Shown here piece after piece: positions 9,571 to 19,704 of a stretch of DNA of 64,000 bases (position 1 is the stretch's first letter; every line of letters begins with the position of its first letter). The position numbers and the translations under genes are program-made. The notes under the pieces are model-generated. The model did not search any database, was not told the DNA's origin, and saw only the letters and a list, made by a program, of their open reading frames with translations. The DNA comes from Candidatus Woesearchaeota archaeon (GTDB lineage Archaea > Nanobdellota > Nanobdellia > Woesearchaeales > JABIAG01): the NCBI GenBank assembly GCA_018653365.1, contig JABIAG010000003.1:32001-96000 (forward strand). Reading direction: 5' to 3'.

Positions 9571-10499
9571 AATATCAACTTTTTAAGTTCAATTTTTGTG
9601 CTAGGTTTTCTTTTTGCTCTTATAGCATTTGTGATTGTGATTGGTCTTTTTTTGGATCCTGCAATACTGCCTTTGATTATGATAAAGTTATTTTTGATTT
9701 TTCCATAGTGTCGAATTCCTTCTTCAGGTAGTGTGTCTTCCATTTTTAGAATTTGTTTGTTGTATTCTGTTCTTTGGTGGAATCCCATTTTTCCGGGTTG
9801 TGCAACTCGATACATCATATGTGCTTGTGCTTTCCATCCACCTGATCTTGCACCAACTCCTCTTTGACCTTTTTCAGATCTGTGAGATTTTAGGTTAACT
9901 CCAAATCGTTTAACCACTCCTTGGTACCCTTTTCCTTTTGTTACTGCATGAATGTCAACAAAGATGTTTTCTTCAAATACGTCTTTTACATTGATTTCTT
10001 TTTCTAGGTTTTCTTTTACCCAGGTTAGTTGTTCTTCTTTTGATCCACCTAGTGCTACTTCAAAGATATCAGGTACTTTTTTCCCCATACTTGTTAGTTT
10101 AGGTTGGGTGTATGTAAGAATTCTTATTTGATCGTATACGTCTTTTACATCGTCTAATTTTTTAGAATATTCTTTTGGTAAGGGTAATCGTTTTTTAAGA
10201 TCTTGATCGAGTTTTGGTGAGAGAATTTCGGTTTGAATTGAATTTTTTTGGTAGAAACGCACAGAAAAGATTTTGATTGGTGGACACTCAATCAGTGTCA
10301 CGGGAATGGAATGTTGAAGAGTTAGTTTGCCTTTTTGTTCAGCACCCATCATATGAGCCATTCCAACTTTATAGCCCACAAATCCCAGGGGTTTGGCTTG
10401 TTTGCCAGTCCAAGTTCTAACTCTAGTTAAAAGTTTCTTGGCCCTTTTTCTTGGCCAAAATTGCATACTTCCATGCCTTGGGTTTGCTTTTTTTACCAT
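9567..10499 (-). CDS. rpl3: 50S ribosomal protein uL3
   Basis: PRHGSMQFWPRKRA, GYKVGM, TKGKGYQGVVKR, GFHQRTEYNK. Confidence 0.97.
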   Translation of the reverse strand: MVKKANPRHGSMQFWPRKRAKKLLTRVRTWTGKQAKPLGFVGYKVGMAHMMGAEQKGKLTLQHSIPVTLIECPPIKIFSVRFYQKNSIQTEILSPKLDQDLKKRLPLPKEYSKKLDDVKDVYDQIRILTYTQPKLTSMGKKVPDIFEVALGGSKEEQLTWVKENLEKEINVKDVFEENIFVDIHAVTKGKGYQGVVKRFGVNLKSHRSEKGQRGVGARSGGWKAQAHMMYRVAQPGKMGFHQRTEYNKQILKMEDTLPEEGIRHYGKIKNNFIIIKGSIAGSKKRPITITNAIRAKRKPSTKIELKKLIL

Positions 10500-10655
10500 T
10501 TCCTAAGTTAATTTTTGTTTTTGCTTCTACCGCCTCTTTATTGTGGTTGAATTTAAACTGCCTTTTTATGAAAACATTGAAGAAGTACTTTCGTACTGAA
10601 AATGTTTTCTTTTCAGGCTGATTTGTGCTGAGTATCTAATTTATCGTCAGATACG
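10500..10655 (-). promoter_or_regulatory. Putative structured 5' leader of the rpl3 operon
   Basis: TTTATAAA at 10677-10684; then on the minus strand an 8-bp hairpin (10632-10654) and a GAAAACATT/AATGTTTTC stem enclosing AGTAC-GAAA-GTACT (10570-10609). Confidence 0.6.
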
Positions 10656-10719
10656 AAAAAAAGAATTTTATATGTCTTTATAAATGTTATTCTTTTTTAG
10701 AGGAAGAGCAGGTTTAATC

Positions 10720-11847
10720 TTAACTTAATACGAACTTTAGAGTGGGTTGTGGTTCTTCATCTTCAAAGTATCTTGCACCCTCATCAATTTCTTCAAATGT
10801 TAAAGTTAATCCAAGAACGCTTTTACTATCTCCCTCTTCCAGGGTGATTAATTCATCGTTTAATAATAATCTAATTCTTTTTTCTTCAAAATTAAGAATT
10901 TCAATTTCTTCAAGATAAACATATTTACTCTGATGTTTAAATACAAAGCTTGTGCTTTGATCTAGAGAGTCTGTATGAGACAAAGGTAAGTCGTCAAATA
11001 GGTTGCTGGTCATTCCACGGGGGGTTTTAAGACCGTATGATGCTTTGTCATATGCTAGTTGAACACTACTATATGTGACTCCTCCAAATTCACACACGGT
11101 GAATGTTACGCCATCAAAAACCTCTTCTTGTCCTTTTCTTATCTTTCTCTCTTCTCCATTAACACTAAGTGTTATTGAATTTTCTGAGAAATCAAAGTTT
11201 GTTGCTTTTATCCTAAATACTGAATTGCCAATTTTTTGTTTATATCTTACATCTGTTGTAAATGACGCACCATATAATATGCAACTGTTGTCTCCCTCTG
11301 GACAGCTGTTTTCTTTTATTTTTTCACATAGATTACTTTCTTCAACTCTTTCTGAATAAAATATTATGCTGTCTGATGTTGAAAGTTGATTATAACTTTG
11401 ATAATTGCTTACTTTTTCTGCTATTTCTAGGGTGTCTTCTTTACTTGTGCCTGCTATCAGTAAAATTGTTCGTCCTTCATCTTCTACAACTTTTATTACT
11501 GACTCCCCAACTTTGTAGGGCCAGTTCTCACATGTTTCTTTTGAGTAATCATTCCAGAATGTATTAGCACAGGGCCCACCTAATATGATTAAGTTTTGGT
11601 TGTTTACTGTGGCATATTTGTCAAAGTCTATAAATCCCGGTCCAATTTCATGTGTTTGTACATTATCTCCCAGTATTTGGGCAAATATTTGTAAGTATGC
11701 TCCGTTGTCTTCCTGTCCAAAGATCATTAACAAATCCTCTTCTGATCTAAACTCATCATCTATCTTGTCTATTGCTTCTGTTACACTTATTGCACTAACT
11801 GCTGTTGTTAGCATAATTACAAGAATTAAATAACATATAATTTTCAT
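10720..11847 (-). CDS. Secreted S-layer-like protein
   Basis: Signal peptide; NLIILGGPCAN...LLIAGTSKEDT resembles the archaeal S-layer C-terminal motif; beta-rich duplicated domains. Confidence 0.6.
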   Translation of the reverse strand: MKIICYLILVIMLTTAVSAISVTEAIDKIDDEFRSEEDLLMIFGQEDNGAYLQIFAQILGDNVQTHEIGPGFIDFDKYATVNNQNLIILGGPCANTFWNDYSKETCENWPYKVGESVIKVVEDEGRTILLIAGTSKEDTLEIAEKVSNYQSYNQLSTSDSIIFYSERVEESNLCEKIKENSCPEGDNSCILYGASFTTDVRYKQKIGNSVFRIKATNFDFSENSITLSVNGEERKIRKGQEEVFDGVTFTVCEFGGVTYSSVQLAYDKASYGLKTPRGMTSNLFDDLPLSHTDSLDQSTSFVFKHQSKYVYLEEIEILNFEEKRIRLLLNDELITLEEGDSKSVLGLTLTFEEIDEGARYFEDEEPQPTLKFVLS

Positions 11848-13220
11848 TCTTTTTTAGAATCTTCGTTTTTATTTAAAGTTTCCTTTTTTTGTGTTGTTTC
11901 TTTTCTCTTCTCTTTATTATTCTGTCCAGCAAACACCTTTCTTCGTGCGTAGTTTACTGGGTTTTTTATCTTTCCACATAGGTTATCTGGGAAGCACATT
12001 TTCATTCCTTTGTAATACATCTCATTTGTACAGTTGGGGGGTAGTTTTTTGCCGTTTTTCTTTGTATATTTTAGTTGTCCTTTCCAGTAGACCTCTTTTA
12101 GGGGTTCTTTGTTGCATTTGTTCCAGGCTATCAGTCTGGCCTCAATTTGATCCCAGCCCCAGCCTACACTTGCTAAAAAGTTAATTAGAATAAATACTGC
12201 TCTTTTTTTCCCGTCGTCCATTCCTTTTAGTATATATACTATGCATGGAGGAAACAGCTCTTCAGGTATTGCTTCTTGTAGTTCTTCATATGCTATTTCT
12301 TTTTTTGTTGTTTCATCCTCTTTTATTTCTGGTTTGTAGTCTATTGCCTGAACGAATAAGTTTTCAGCTTCGTTCGGGACTACGTTTTCTCTGTCAAAGA
12401 ACTTCAAAATATTTCTTACGTTTTCTGGTTTAGCATCAACTCTACTAAAGCCTTTGATATCTTCTGGTTTTATTACAACAGATATTAGTCCTGATTTTTC
12501 ATTGTAACAATAGGGCATTCGGCATAAGTGTCGTGAAGAGATTAGTATGGTGTCTACGTCTACAACTTCAAATGGGTCGAACTGTTTTTCTTTTATTAAT
12601 TCTTTAACCTCTTTTCCTACGTTTTTTGCTATCTCTTCAATGCCTCCCTTTTCTAATAGTCCGGTTATTAGATGTTCTCGTATCATTTCTTTAAGGTACA
12701 TTGCAATTCTTCTTGCTCCTTCTGGAAACCAGGTTCTTACTTCATGTTCCATGGTTCGTTTTGGAAATGCTTCAAAGGGTACTCCAATGTGGAAGCCGTG
12801 ATTGCCTGAGAACTTACACATTATGGATTTTATTCCATGGTGTTTTAATGCCTCTACTATGAGGAAGGATGCAACTTTAGAGTATTCAAAAAAGGGAGTA
12901 TCTATATCAATAATTAAGTCCCATCCTTTTCTTAACTCCTCCATCTCTTTTTGTTTTAAGTCTAAATTTAATTGTAAGGGGTCTTTCCATATCTCTTCAG
13001 AAAAGTGAAATGATGTTGCTCCGTTTTTTGCTAATTCTAAAACATCTGCAGGATTATTAATCACATCTGGACGTTTTCCATAACCATATTTGGTACCATA
13101 ATCATATTTCATTCCCACTTCTTTATCTTTGGCTTCACGTGCGATGGCAGTTTGTACATCTTCGCGACTATAGAATTCTAATACTTCTTCTTTGTCCAGT
13201 TTTTTATCTTCTCCCCCCAT
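11844..13220 (-). CDS. priSL: Fused DNA primase PriS-PriL
   Basis: WDLIIDID and KFSGNHGFHI (PriS) followed by FPPCI...PPNC...C...C.KIKNP (PriL Fe-S domain). Confidence 0.9.
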   Translation of the reverse strand: MGGEDKKLDKEEVLEFYSREDVQTAIAREAKDKEVGMKYDYGTKYGYGKRPDVINNPADVLELAKNGATSFHFSEEIWKDPLQLNLDLKQKEMEELRKGWDLIIDIDTPFFEYSKVASFLIVEALKHHGIKSIMCKFSGNHGFHIGVPFEAFPKRTMEHEVRTWFPEGARRIAMYLKEMIREHLITGLLEKGGIEEIAKNVGKEVKELIKEKQFDPFEVVDVDTILISSRHLCRMPYCYNEKSGLISVVIKPEDIKGFSRVDAKPENVRNILKFFDRENVVPNEAENLFVQAIDYKPEIKEDETTKKEIAYEELQEAIPEELFPPCIVYILKGMDDGKKRAVFILINFLASVGWGWDQIEARLIAWNKCNKEPLKEVYWKGQLKYTKKNGKKLPPNCTNEMYYKGMKMCFPDNLCGKIKNPVNYARRKVFAGQNNKEKRKETTQKKETLNKNEDSKKE

Positions 13221-13302
13221 GCTCTCCAGATACTTTACAAATTTAATAAGGTTTTGGTAAGTTTAACAATACTTTTATATTATTAGTACTTATCTTTCTT
13301 TT

Positions 13303-14133
13303 ATGTCTTTGATCAATAATGTTAAAACATTTGTTTTGCTTGGCTTACTTACTGCGCTATTATTGTGGGTTGGTAGCTTCTGGGGTTATTCTGGCTTGGC
13401 AATAGCTCTTGTTCTTGTTTTGGTGATGAATCTTGTTTCTTTTTGGTATTCTGATAAGATTGTTTTGAAGATGTATAAAGCTAAAGAAATCCGCTCTGCT
13501 CCTGTTAAGGAGTTGGTTAAAGAACTTGCTAAAGAGGCTAACATACCAATGCCTAAAGTATACCTTATCCCCTCTGATGCCCCTAACGCTTTTGCAACGG
13601 GTCGTTCTCCAGAGCATGCTGCTGTTGCGGTCACTCAGGGAATACTTTCAGCCCTAACAAAGGATGAACTTCGTGGGGTGTTAGCTCATGAACTTGCTCA
13701 TATTAAGAATCGAGACACACTTATTCAAACTGTTGCTTCTGTTATTGCAGGCGTTATTTCTTATGTTGCAATGATGGCCAGATTTGGCGCGATGTTTGGA
13801 GGGTATGGGGACAGAGATGGTGGAAGGGGAATAGAGTTGTTAGCATTAGCGATCATTACCCCTCTTATTGCGGTAATAATTCAACTTGCTATTTCTAGAA
13901 GTAGGGAATTTTTGGCTGATGAACGGGGTGCTAAGTTGATAAGGGATGGATTGCCCCTGGCTTCTGCTTTAGAAAAGCTGGAGTCTTCACATGTTAAGTT
14001 GAAGTTTGGTTCCAAAATGACTTCTAGTTTATTTATTGTAAATCCTTTTAAAGGAAAGGCTCTTTGGAAGTTATTATCAACACACCCGTCTACAAGTGTG
14101 CGTGTTGAAAAACTAAAATCAATGAGGTGGTAA
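13303..14133 (+). CDS. htpX: Membrane zinc protease HtpX (M48)
   Basis: PNAFATGR, HELAH, SRSREFLADE, STHP. Confidence 0.95.
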   Translation: MSLINNVKTFVLLGLLTALLLWVGSFWGYSGLAIALVLVLVMNLVSFWYSDKIVLKMYKAKEIRSAPVKELVKELAKEANIPMPKVYLIPSDAPNAFATGRSPEHAAVAVTQGILSALTKDELRGVLAHELAHIKNRDTLIQTVASVIAGVISYVAMMARFGAMFGGYGDRDGGRGIELLALAIITPLIAVIIQLAISRSREFLADERGAKLIRDGLPLASALEKLESSHVKLKFGSKMTSSLFIVNPFKGKALWKLLSTHPSTSVRVEKLKSMRW

Positions 14134-14134
14134 T

Positions 14135-14368
14135 ATGGCTGCAATGGCTTATGTGTTAATTAGTGCGAGAAACGAACAGGAAGTTGCTAAGAAACTTATG
14201 AATTTTGATTTAGTTTCAGAGGTTCACGAATTGTTTGGTCAATGGGAAATTATTGTTAAGTTAGAGGCTGAGGAGATGGCGTCGATTCAAGATTTTATTA
14301 ATAATACTATTCGTGCTGATAAAGAAATCCAGGGTACAGAAACTCTAATAGTAAGTGATGTATTCTAG
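14135..14368 (+). CDS. Stand-alone Lrp/AsnC ligand-binding (RAM) domain protein
   Basis: AYVLI...EVHELFGQWEIIVK...TETLI; no HTH. Confidence 0.8.
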   Translation: MAAMAYVLISARNEQEVAKKLMNFDLVSEVHELFGQWEIIVKLEAEEMASIQDFINNTIRADKEIQGTETLIVSDVF

Positions 14369-14385
14369 AAACTTTTTTATTTTTT

Positions 14386-16569
14386 TTATGAATTTTCAAA
14401 TACTTTTTTTATTTTCGCTGCTTTTTTCTCTCCGATTTTAGATACTTTTTGTAATTCTTCTTCACTAGCATTAACAATGTTTTTTGGACTTCCAAATTTT
14501 TCTAGTAATTCTTTTGCTAATTTGAGTCCAACACTGGGTAGTGATGATATGAAGTATTCTTGTTGTTCTTTTAGTGAGATTCCTCTTTTTGTTGGGTTTG
14601 GTGAGAAGTACCCTTTTTCTTTTTGTTCTCTTTTTGCAATGCTGACTAACAATTCTGTGGTTTCTTTAAAGTTTCGAGAGTTCAAAATTGGTATGCCAAA
14701 ACTTATTGCGATGGTTATTAGCATACCTCTGATTGAATTGGGATGTACTTTTCTCATTGAGTATAGATCTTCTTCTCCCTCTATAATCAAAAGTGGTTTT
14801 TTGAAGTTATATTTTAAATCTTTAATCTGTTCTAGTAGCCGCCCATCAATTAGTGAGTCTACAAAGTCTGGTACGGTTTTTAGTTCAACCCCTATTTCCT
14901 CTCCCAATATGTAGTCAGCTACTTCTAATTGTTTTAACTCAACCTTGATTCCTTTGTCTATCAGTTCTTTTATTGTTTTGCCTGCTTTCTCTCTATGATC
15001 TGCATATATTACAAGTTCTTTTTCAAATTCTTCTAGTTTGGTTTGTTCTTTTTCTTCTTTTAGAATTATCTTGTCTTTCAAATTTTTCAAATTAGTATAC
15101 ATCTTTTTTTCTTTGTGAAATGCGCTCCAGCGGTATGCTTCGTCTCTTGTTCCTTTTGTTACTAGTACGATCACTTTTCCTTTTTCTAGTCTTCCGGTTC
15201 TTCCTTTTCTTTGGATGTGTCTGATTGCAGAGGGTACGGGTTCAAAGAAGATTACCTGGTCTACTTTTGGAATGTCTAGTCCTTCCTCTCCTACGGAGGT
15301 CATTACTATTACGTTGAATTTGCCCTCTCGGAATTCTTGTAACATTTCGATTTGTTTTTTTTGACTTAATCCGGTTCCTGACTTTTTTGCTTGTCCTACA
15401 AAGAGTTTTGCTTCAACATTTTTTATTTTGTTTAGTTCTTCAACAATTTTGGCTGCGTTGTCTCGAAAGTTGTTGAAAATTATTGCTTTTTCTCCAGAGT
15501 CTAGTAATTCAATGAGTGAAACGAGTCTTGCTAATTTTGGGTGTTCTATTCCTTCTTCAATTAGGTTTTTTACTAATATGTTTGCAGATCTGAAGTGTAG
15601 GTCTGCAACTAAATTTTTTGTGGCTTTTGTTTTTGTTTTTTCACTATCTGAAATGAGTTTTTCAAAGTATTTGTTTAGTGCATTCATTCCCTGACTTTCT
15701 AATAGTTCCATTGCATGGTGCATTTTCATTATTTCTGCCAGCACGGATATGCTTTTTAAAATTTCAAAACTTTTTTCTCCTCTTGCTACTTCGCCATGAA
15801 GTTCGCTCATGATTCCGAGTAGTTCTTTTTTACTTATGGTGTTTACTTTTCGTCCAGGTATTGCTCCAAATTCATCTATTCTTTTTGCACGGTCAGCTAG
15901 AAAGTCTTGTAAGTATTTTCTTATTTTTTTGAATTCTTCACTTAGTTCAACTTCAACAAATTCAGTTTCGACTTCTTGAATGTATGGTTTCACATCCGGG
16001 TCTTTTTCTGTTCTTATTTCTATTGCTTCAACGTTGAGGTTGTCACATACTTCTTTGATTTTTTCTGTATCACTTCCAGGGGATGCGGTAAGTCCTAGTA
16101 TTCGGGGATATTTTGCGTGTTTAACATAGTGTTTTGCTAGCCAAGAATATGCATATTCTTTTACTGCTCTATGACATTCGTCAAAGACTAATAATGAAAC
16201 GTCTTGAAAGCTTATTCTGTTTGAGATTACATCATTCTCTAGTCCTTGGGGTGTTGACACTATTATTTGGGTTTTCTTAAATAGTCTGGCTCTCTCTTCA
16301 GGTTTTACCTCTCCCGTAAATAGAACTATTTGATCTTCTGGAACGTCTAGAAATTGTTTGAATGTTTTGACGTGTTGTTCACATAATGGTTTGGTGGGTG
16401 CTAGGATCATTATTTTTGAATTTGGGTAATTGCTTAGTCTTTGTGCAGCAAGCATTACAAACACAATTGATTTTCCCATTCCTGTGGGAAGTACAACCAG
16501 TGTGTTCTTTACCGCACAGGTTGCTAGAATGGTTTCCTGATAGAGTCTTGGTTTAAGATCTTTAATCAT
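14386..16569 (-). CDS. hef: Hef (FANCM-like) helicase/XPF nuclease
   Basis: LPTGMGKS, DECH, GLTASPG, EEGLD, QRKGRTGR; ERCC4 domain (ADY, ELKT..DF); C-terminal HhH. Confidence 0.93.
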   Translation of the reverse strand: MIKDLKPRLYQETILATCAVKNTLVVLPTGMGKSIVFVMLAAQRLSNYPNSKIMILAPTKPLCEQHVKTFKQFLDVPEDQIVLFTGEVKPEERARLFKKTQIIVSTPQGLENDVISNRISFQDVSLLVFDECHRAVKEYAYSWLAKHYVKHAKYPRILGLTASPGSDTEKIKEVCDNLNVEAIEIRTEKDPDVKPYIQEVETEFVEVELSEEFKKIRKYLQDFLADRAKRIDEFGAIPGRKVNTISKKELLGIMSELHGEVARGEKSFEILKSISVLAEIMKMHHAMELLESQGMNALNKYFEKLISDSEKTKTKATKNLVADLHFRSANILVKNLIEEGIEHPKLARLVSLIELLDSGEKAIIFNNFRDNAAKIVEELNKIKNVEAKLFVGQAKKSGTGLSQKKQIEMLQEFREGKFNVIVMTSVGEEGLDIPKVDQVIFFEPVPSAIRHIQRKGRTGRLEKGKVIVLVTKGTRDEAYRWSAFHKEKKMYTNLKNLKDKIILKEEKEQTKLEEFEKELVIYADHREKAGKTIKELIDKGIKVELKQLEVADYILGEEIGVELKTVPDFVDSLIDGRLLEQIKDLKYNFKKPLLIIEGEEDLYSMRKVHPNSIRGMLITIAISFGIPILNSRNFKETTELLVSIAKREQKEKGYFSPNPTKRGISLKEQQEYFISSLPSVGLKLAKELLEKFGSPKNIVNASEEELQKVSKIGEKKAAKIKKVFENS

Positions 16570-16619
16570 TTAATCTCAATATCAACAACTTTTATATACT
16601 TTTATACTTTCGAAGAATC

Positions 16620-16886
16620 ATGATAGTCAAATTTTTGGGAACTATGGACATTGTTATGGCGTTTCTAATTTTATTACTTCATTTTGGAGTTGGTTATTGG
16701 AGGCTGCCTCTTCTTGTTACTTTATACCTTTTCATTAAGGGTGGAATGTTTTACAAGGATGTTCAGAGTTATGTTGATATGTTTATAGGGGTGTTTGCCT
16801 GGATTATCTTTCTTGGGGCAGCATCATTATTTGATTATATTTTAATGATTTATTTGTTGCAGAAAGGGATTGCTTCGTTCATGTAG
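16620..16886 (+). CDS. Small membrane protein
   Basis: 88 aa, mostly hydrophobic helices; TATA-like element upstream. Confidence 0.7.
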   Translation: MIVKFLGTMDIVMAFLILLLHFGVGYWRLPLLVTLYLFIKGGMFYKDVQSYVDMFIGVFAWIIFLGAASLFDYILMIYLLQKGIASFM

Positions 16887-17600
16887 CTACTCCCAATTGT
16901 TCTTAAATACTGTAAAGAATCCAACAAATCCAAGAACTACTCCTGTTAATATTGCATATCCTACGCCTGCATAGAATAATGTTACTGCAAATGCTATTGT
17001 GAATCCAACTGAGAATGCAAAGTTGTAAAAGCTTCCAAAGAATAGGTGCATTCCATCATATCTTGGTGCAGGTATTAATGAGAATGCTGCAATTAGTATG
17101 TTTGCAATTACAAATTTATAGACTATTGGGTTAGCTATGAATGCCCCAAATATTGCTGCGAGTATAATGTTGGCTAATATTCCAAAGTTTGCCATGTAGC
17201 CATACTCTCTTACATAAGGTCTGTATCTCCATTTTCCAACACGAGATTTCATTTTTACTTTTGGCATTAGGTATCCTGGTGCTAGTATGAATGCAAATCC
17301 GTTAGTTAAGACTGCCAAGAATAGTCCTATGCCTAGTGCTGGAAAGTTCGCATGGTATTTTGTTTCCATCCCTTTCCATATTGCGTAAAACTTTTCTCCG
17401 CAAAAGTGTACAAAGATTGCGATGAATGCCATGATGCTCATTATGATCATGTTTTCTATTCCTGCATTTACGTCGATTGTTTTTCCGTCTCCCCACATTC
17501 TGAACGATAGAATTAGTCCTGAGAGTATTGCAATTATTGCAAATGTTCCTATTTCTTTAGAACTAAAGTGAAACTCTTTTTTAAGTCTTCTATGCAGCAT
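16887..17600 (-). CDS. Membrane protein related to site-2 protease (M50), degenerate active site
   Basis: Multi-TM; HFCGE in place of HExxH; SLIPAPRYDG resembles NxxPxxxxDG; next to TraB. Confidence 0.6.
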   Translation of the reverse strand: MLHRRLKKEFHFSSKEIGTFAIIAILSGLILSFRMWGDGKTIDVNAGIENMIIMSIMAFIAIFVHFCGEKFYAIWKGMETKYHANFPALGIGLFLAVLTNGFAFILAPGYLMPKVKMKSRVGKWRYRPYVREYGYMANFGILANIILAAIFGAFIANPIVYKFVIANILIAAFSLIPAPRYDGMHLFFGSFYNFAFSVGFTIAFAVTLFYAGVGYAILTGVVLGFVGFFTVFKNNWE

Positions 17601-17648
17601 ATTCTTATTATTGAGAAATGTTTATTTAAATGTTGCTTTTTAGGATGT

Positions 17649-18314
17649 TTACTCAAACTTTCTTTTAATCATATCTAATACTTCTTCTTCATGTCCTGCT
17701 CCAATTACTGCAAATATTTTAGAATCTGGGTTTTGTTTTATTATGTGTGCTATGTTTCGTGCTAGAACAACATTTCTTTCAACTACTAATACTTTATACA
17801 CATTAGGATACTTGCCCTTGACTTCATCAATGAGTGTTTTAATTAGGTCTTTATCTGGTACTGAATTTAGATTAAATTTGATTTTTTTCTTTCTAAATGG
17901 GGCACTAACCAGATCCCATACAAATTGGAATTTTTCTTTCCAAGTTAATTCTTTAGAAAATCGTTTTAGTGTAATCATAATGTCTTGATCAACTAGGGCC
18001 ATCTTAATCTTATTTTTTTCACACTCTTTTATTGCTGCCATCATTTCTGCGCCAGGGGTTGTTCCTACCATTTTTCCCAGTTTCTTTTCAGCCCAGCCTC
18101 CCAGTAATACAAACAGCCAGCCTTTCAATCCTATGCTTCGAATATCTTTTAGTGTGGTTTTCCTTTTTCCAACTTTTAGAGCTACAAATCTTCGTTTATC
18201 TAGTTCTAAACAAACTATGTCTGGTTTGTCTTCTTTTATGATCTTCTTAACTTTGTTTATGGATTCTTTTGATATGTGTGATGTTCCAAGTATTGTAAGA
18301 TTTTTCGTTTCCAT
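17649..18314 (-). CDS. TraB/PrgY family protein
   Basis: GTSHIS, VCLELD, PGAEM, LVDQDI, ERN, VIGAGH. Confidence 0.9.
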   Translation of the reverse strand: METKNLTILGTSHISKESINKVKKIIKEDKPDIVCLELDKRRFVALKVGKRKTTLKDIRSIGLKGWLFVLLGGWAEKKLGKMVGTTPGAEMMAAIKECEKNKIKMALVDQDIMITLKRFSKELTWKEKFQFVWDLVSAPFRKKKIKFNLNSVPDKDLIKTLIDEVKGKYPNVYKVLVVERNVVLARNIAHIIKQNPDSKIFAVIGAGHEEEVLDMIKRKFE

Positions 18315-18365
18315 ATTGTTCTCTAATTTAGTAATATTTATAAATGATTTTGTTTGTTTTTAAGT

Positions 18366-18782
18366 ATGGTTGGTGTTGAAACTAAAGGTGTTGAAGAGAT
18401 AATTAGTTTGCCCGATTCCGAGTATTTGGATTATCTGGAAAAGTTAGCAAGAGGGATTCGAACTATTTTAAGAGAAAAGGATAAAATGTTGGAGGTCCAA
18501 AATTTAGCAGCTCACGCTACTGAAGATGCGGTTAAGGTAAGTTCTAAATTGGGTTCTTTATTTGAAGAGGTTTATCAAAAAGCATTTAGCATAAATCAAC
18601 AGTTGGGAGTAGCTAACCAGCATAAGGGAGCAGATGTCCATCCTTATTGGAAATATTATGAAGATGATGTCGAATTTATTGATGCAAAAGTTGAAGATAT
18701 TCTGGATATAATTTCTGAGATTAAAAGAGATGAAAAGAAAATTGAAAGGTTGGCGGAAGATATTCGTAAGCTTGCAACTTAG
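18366..18782 (+). CDS. Hypothetical helical/coiled-coil protein
   Basis: Open frame with host-like codon use; no recognised motif. Confidence 0.6.
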   Translation: MVGVETKGVEEIISLPDSEYLDYLEKLARGIRTILREKDKMLEVQNLAAHATEDAVKVSSKLGSLFEEVYQKAFSINQQLGVANQHKGADVHPYWKYYEDDVEFIDAKVEDILDIISEIKRDEKKIERLAEDIRKLAT

Positions 18783-18879
18783 CTAGTTAAGTTGTATCTA
18801 ATTGTTGTCTTAAATCATCAAAAGATTTATAAAGTACATAAATTATAAACTAGTATACTTATTTAGGGAGGGAATTACA

Positions 18880-19158
18880 ATGCTGAAACTTAAACGGGTC
18901 TCTGAAATGTATGAAATGAGAGTTTATACAGATGGAGGCGAATATTTCGGAGATGTTGAAGAATTAGTTTTAACTAAAACTAAGGTTAGTATGTGGAGAA
19001 TTAAGGCCACAAAAAATTCATTTCTTAGTAATGTTCTTGGTGGTGCTAAAGGTGTTTTGGTTCCACATAATCTCGTGAAAAGTATTGGTGATATTGTTAT
19101 AATCTCAAGATCTGCTATTCCTAATTTCGGTGGCGAAAAAGAAGAAGCAGAAGCTTAA
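18880..19158 (+). CDS. PRC-barrel domain protein (possibly CdpB-like cell-division factor)
   Basis: VYTDGGEYFGDVEEL...LVPHNLVKSIGDIVII; SD GGAGG. Confidence 0.85.
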   Translation: MLKLKRVSEMYEMRVYTDGGEYFGDVEELVLTKTKVSMWRIKATKNSFLSNVLGGAKGVLVPHNLVKSIGDIVIISRSAIPNFGGEKEEAEA

Positions 19159-19194
19159 TTTTTTTATTTTTAGTAATATTTAGAATTTTGTTGT

Positions 19195-19704
19195 TCAAGC
19201 ATTACTTTCTAATTTTTTTATGTTTGTTTTTAATCGCTCGATGGTTTTTGTGTTGTCTTGTTGATTCAGCAGACTGCCACATTCAGGGCATTTGAATTCG
19301 TGTTCTGTTGCGGTGTAGAATTCCATTCTTACGCATGCTTGTGGGCACATAAAGTAGTTGCCCTCATTTTCTTCTTCTTTTTCTAATCTTTCTTTGAATT
19401 TGACTAATTTTTTGTTTTTTAGGATTTCTACGAGTTCTAGTACTCTTTTCAGTGCAGGTGTCCAGTAGCTTATGTACCACCCTTTTTCTTTATCTTTCTT
19501 TCTTCTATATGTTACCAGGCTTTCATTATGTAATCTGTATAATATATTGCGAACTGCATGTATTTCTGTTTTTGTATCGTCTGCAATTTTAAACTCAGAA
19601 ATGTCTTTTCGCGTTTTTAAATAGAAGTATATGGGTAGCGCATCTTCGCCGACTGCTTCTGCAACGACGTCAGTTATCAGTTTTTTTGTTAGGGACTTCG
19701 CCAT
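19195..19704 (-). CDS. tfe: Transcription factor E (TFE alpha)
   Basis: VRNILYRL, GWYISYW, Zn ribbon CPQAC...FKCPECG. Confidence 0.92.
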   Translation of the reverse strand: MAKSLTKKLITDVVAEAVGEDALPIYFYLKTRKDISEFKIADDTKTEIHAVRNILYRLHNESLVTYRRKKDKEKGWYISYWTPALKRVLELVEILKNKKLVKFKERLEKEEENEGNYFMCPQACVRMEFYTATEHEFKCPECGSLLNQQDNTKTIERLKTNIKKLESNA

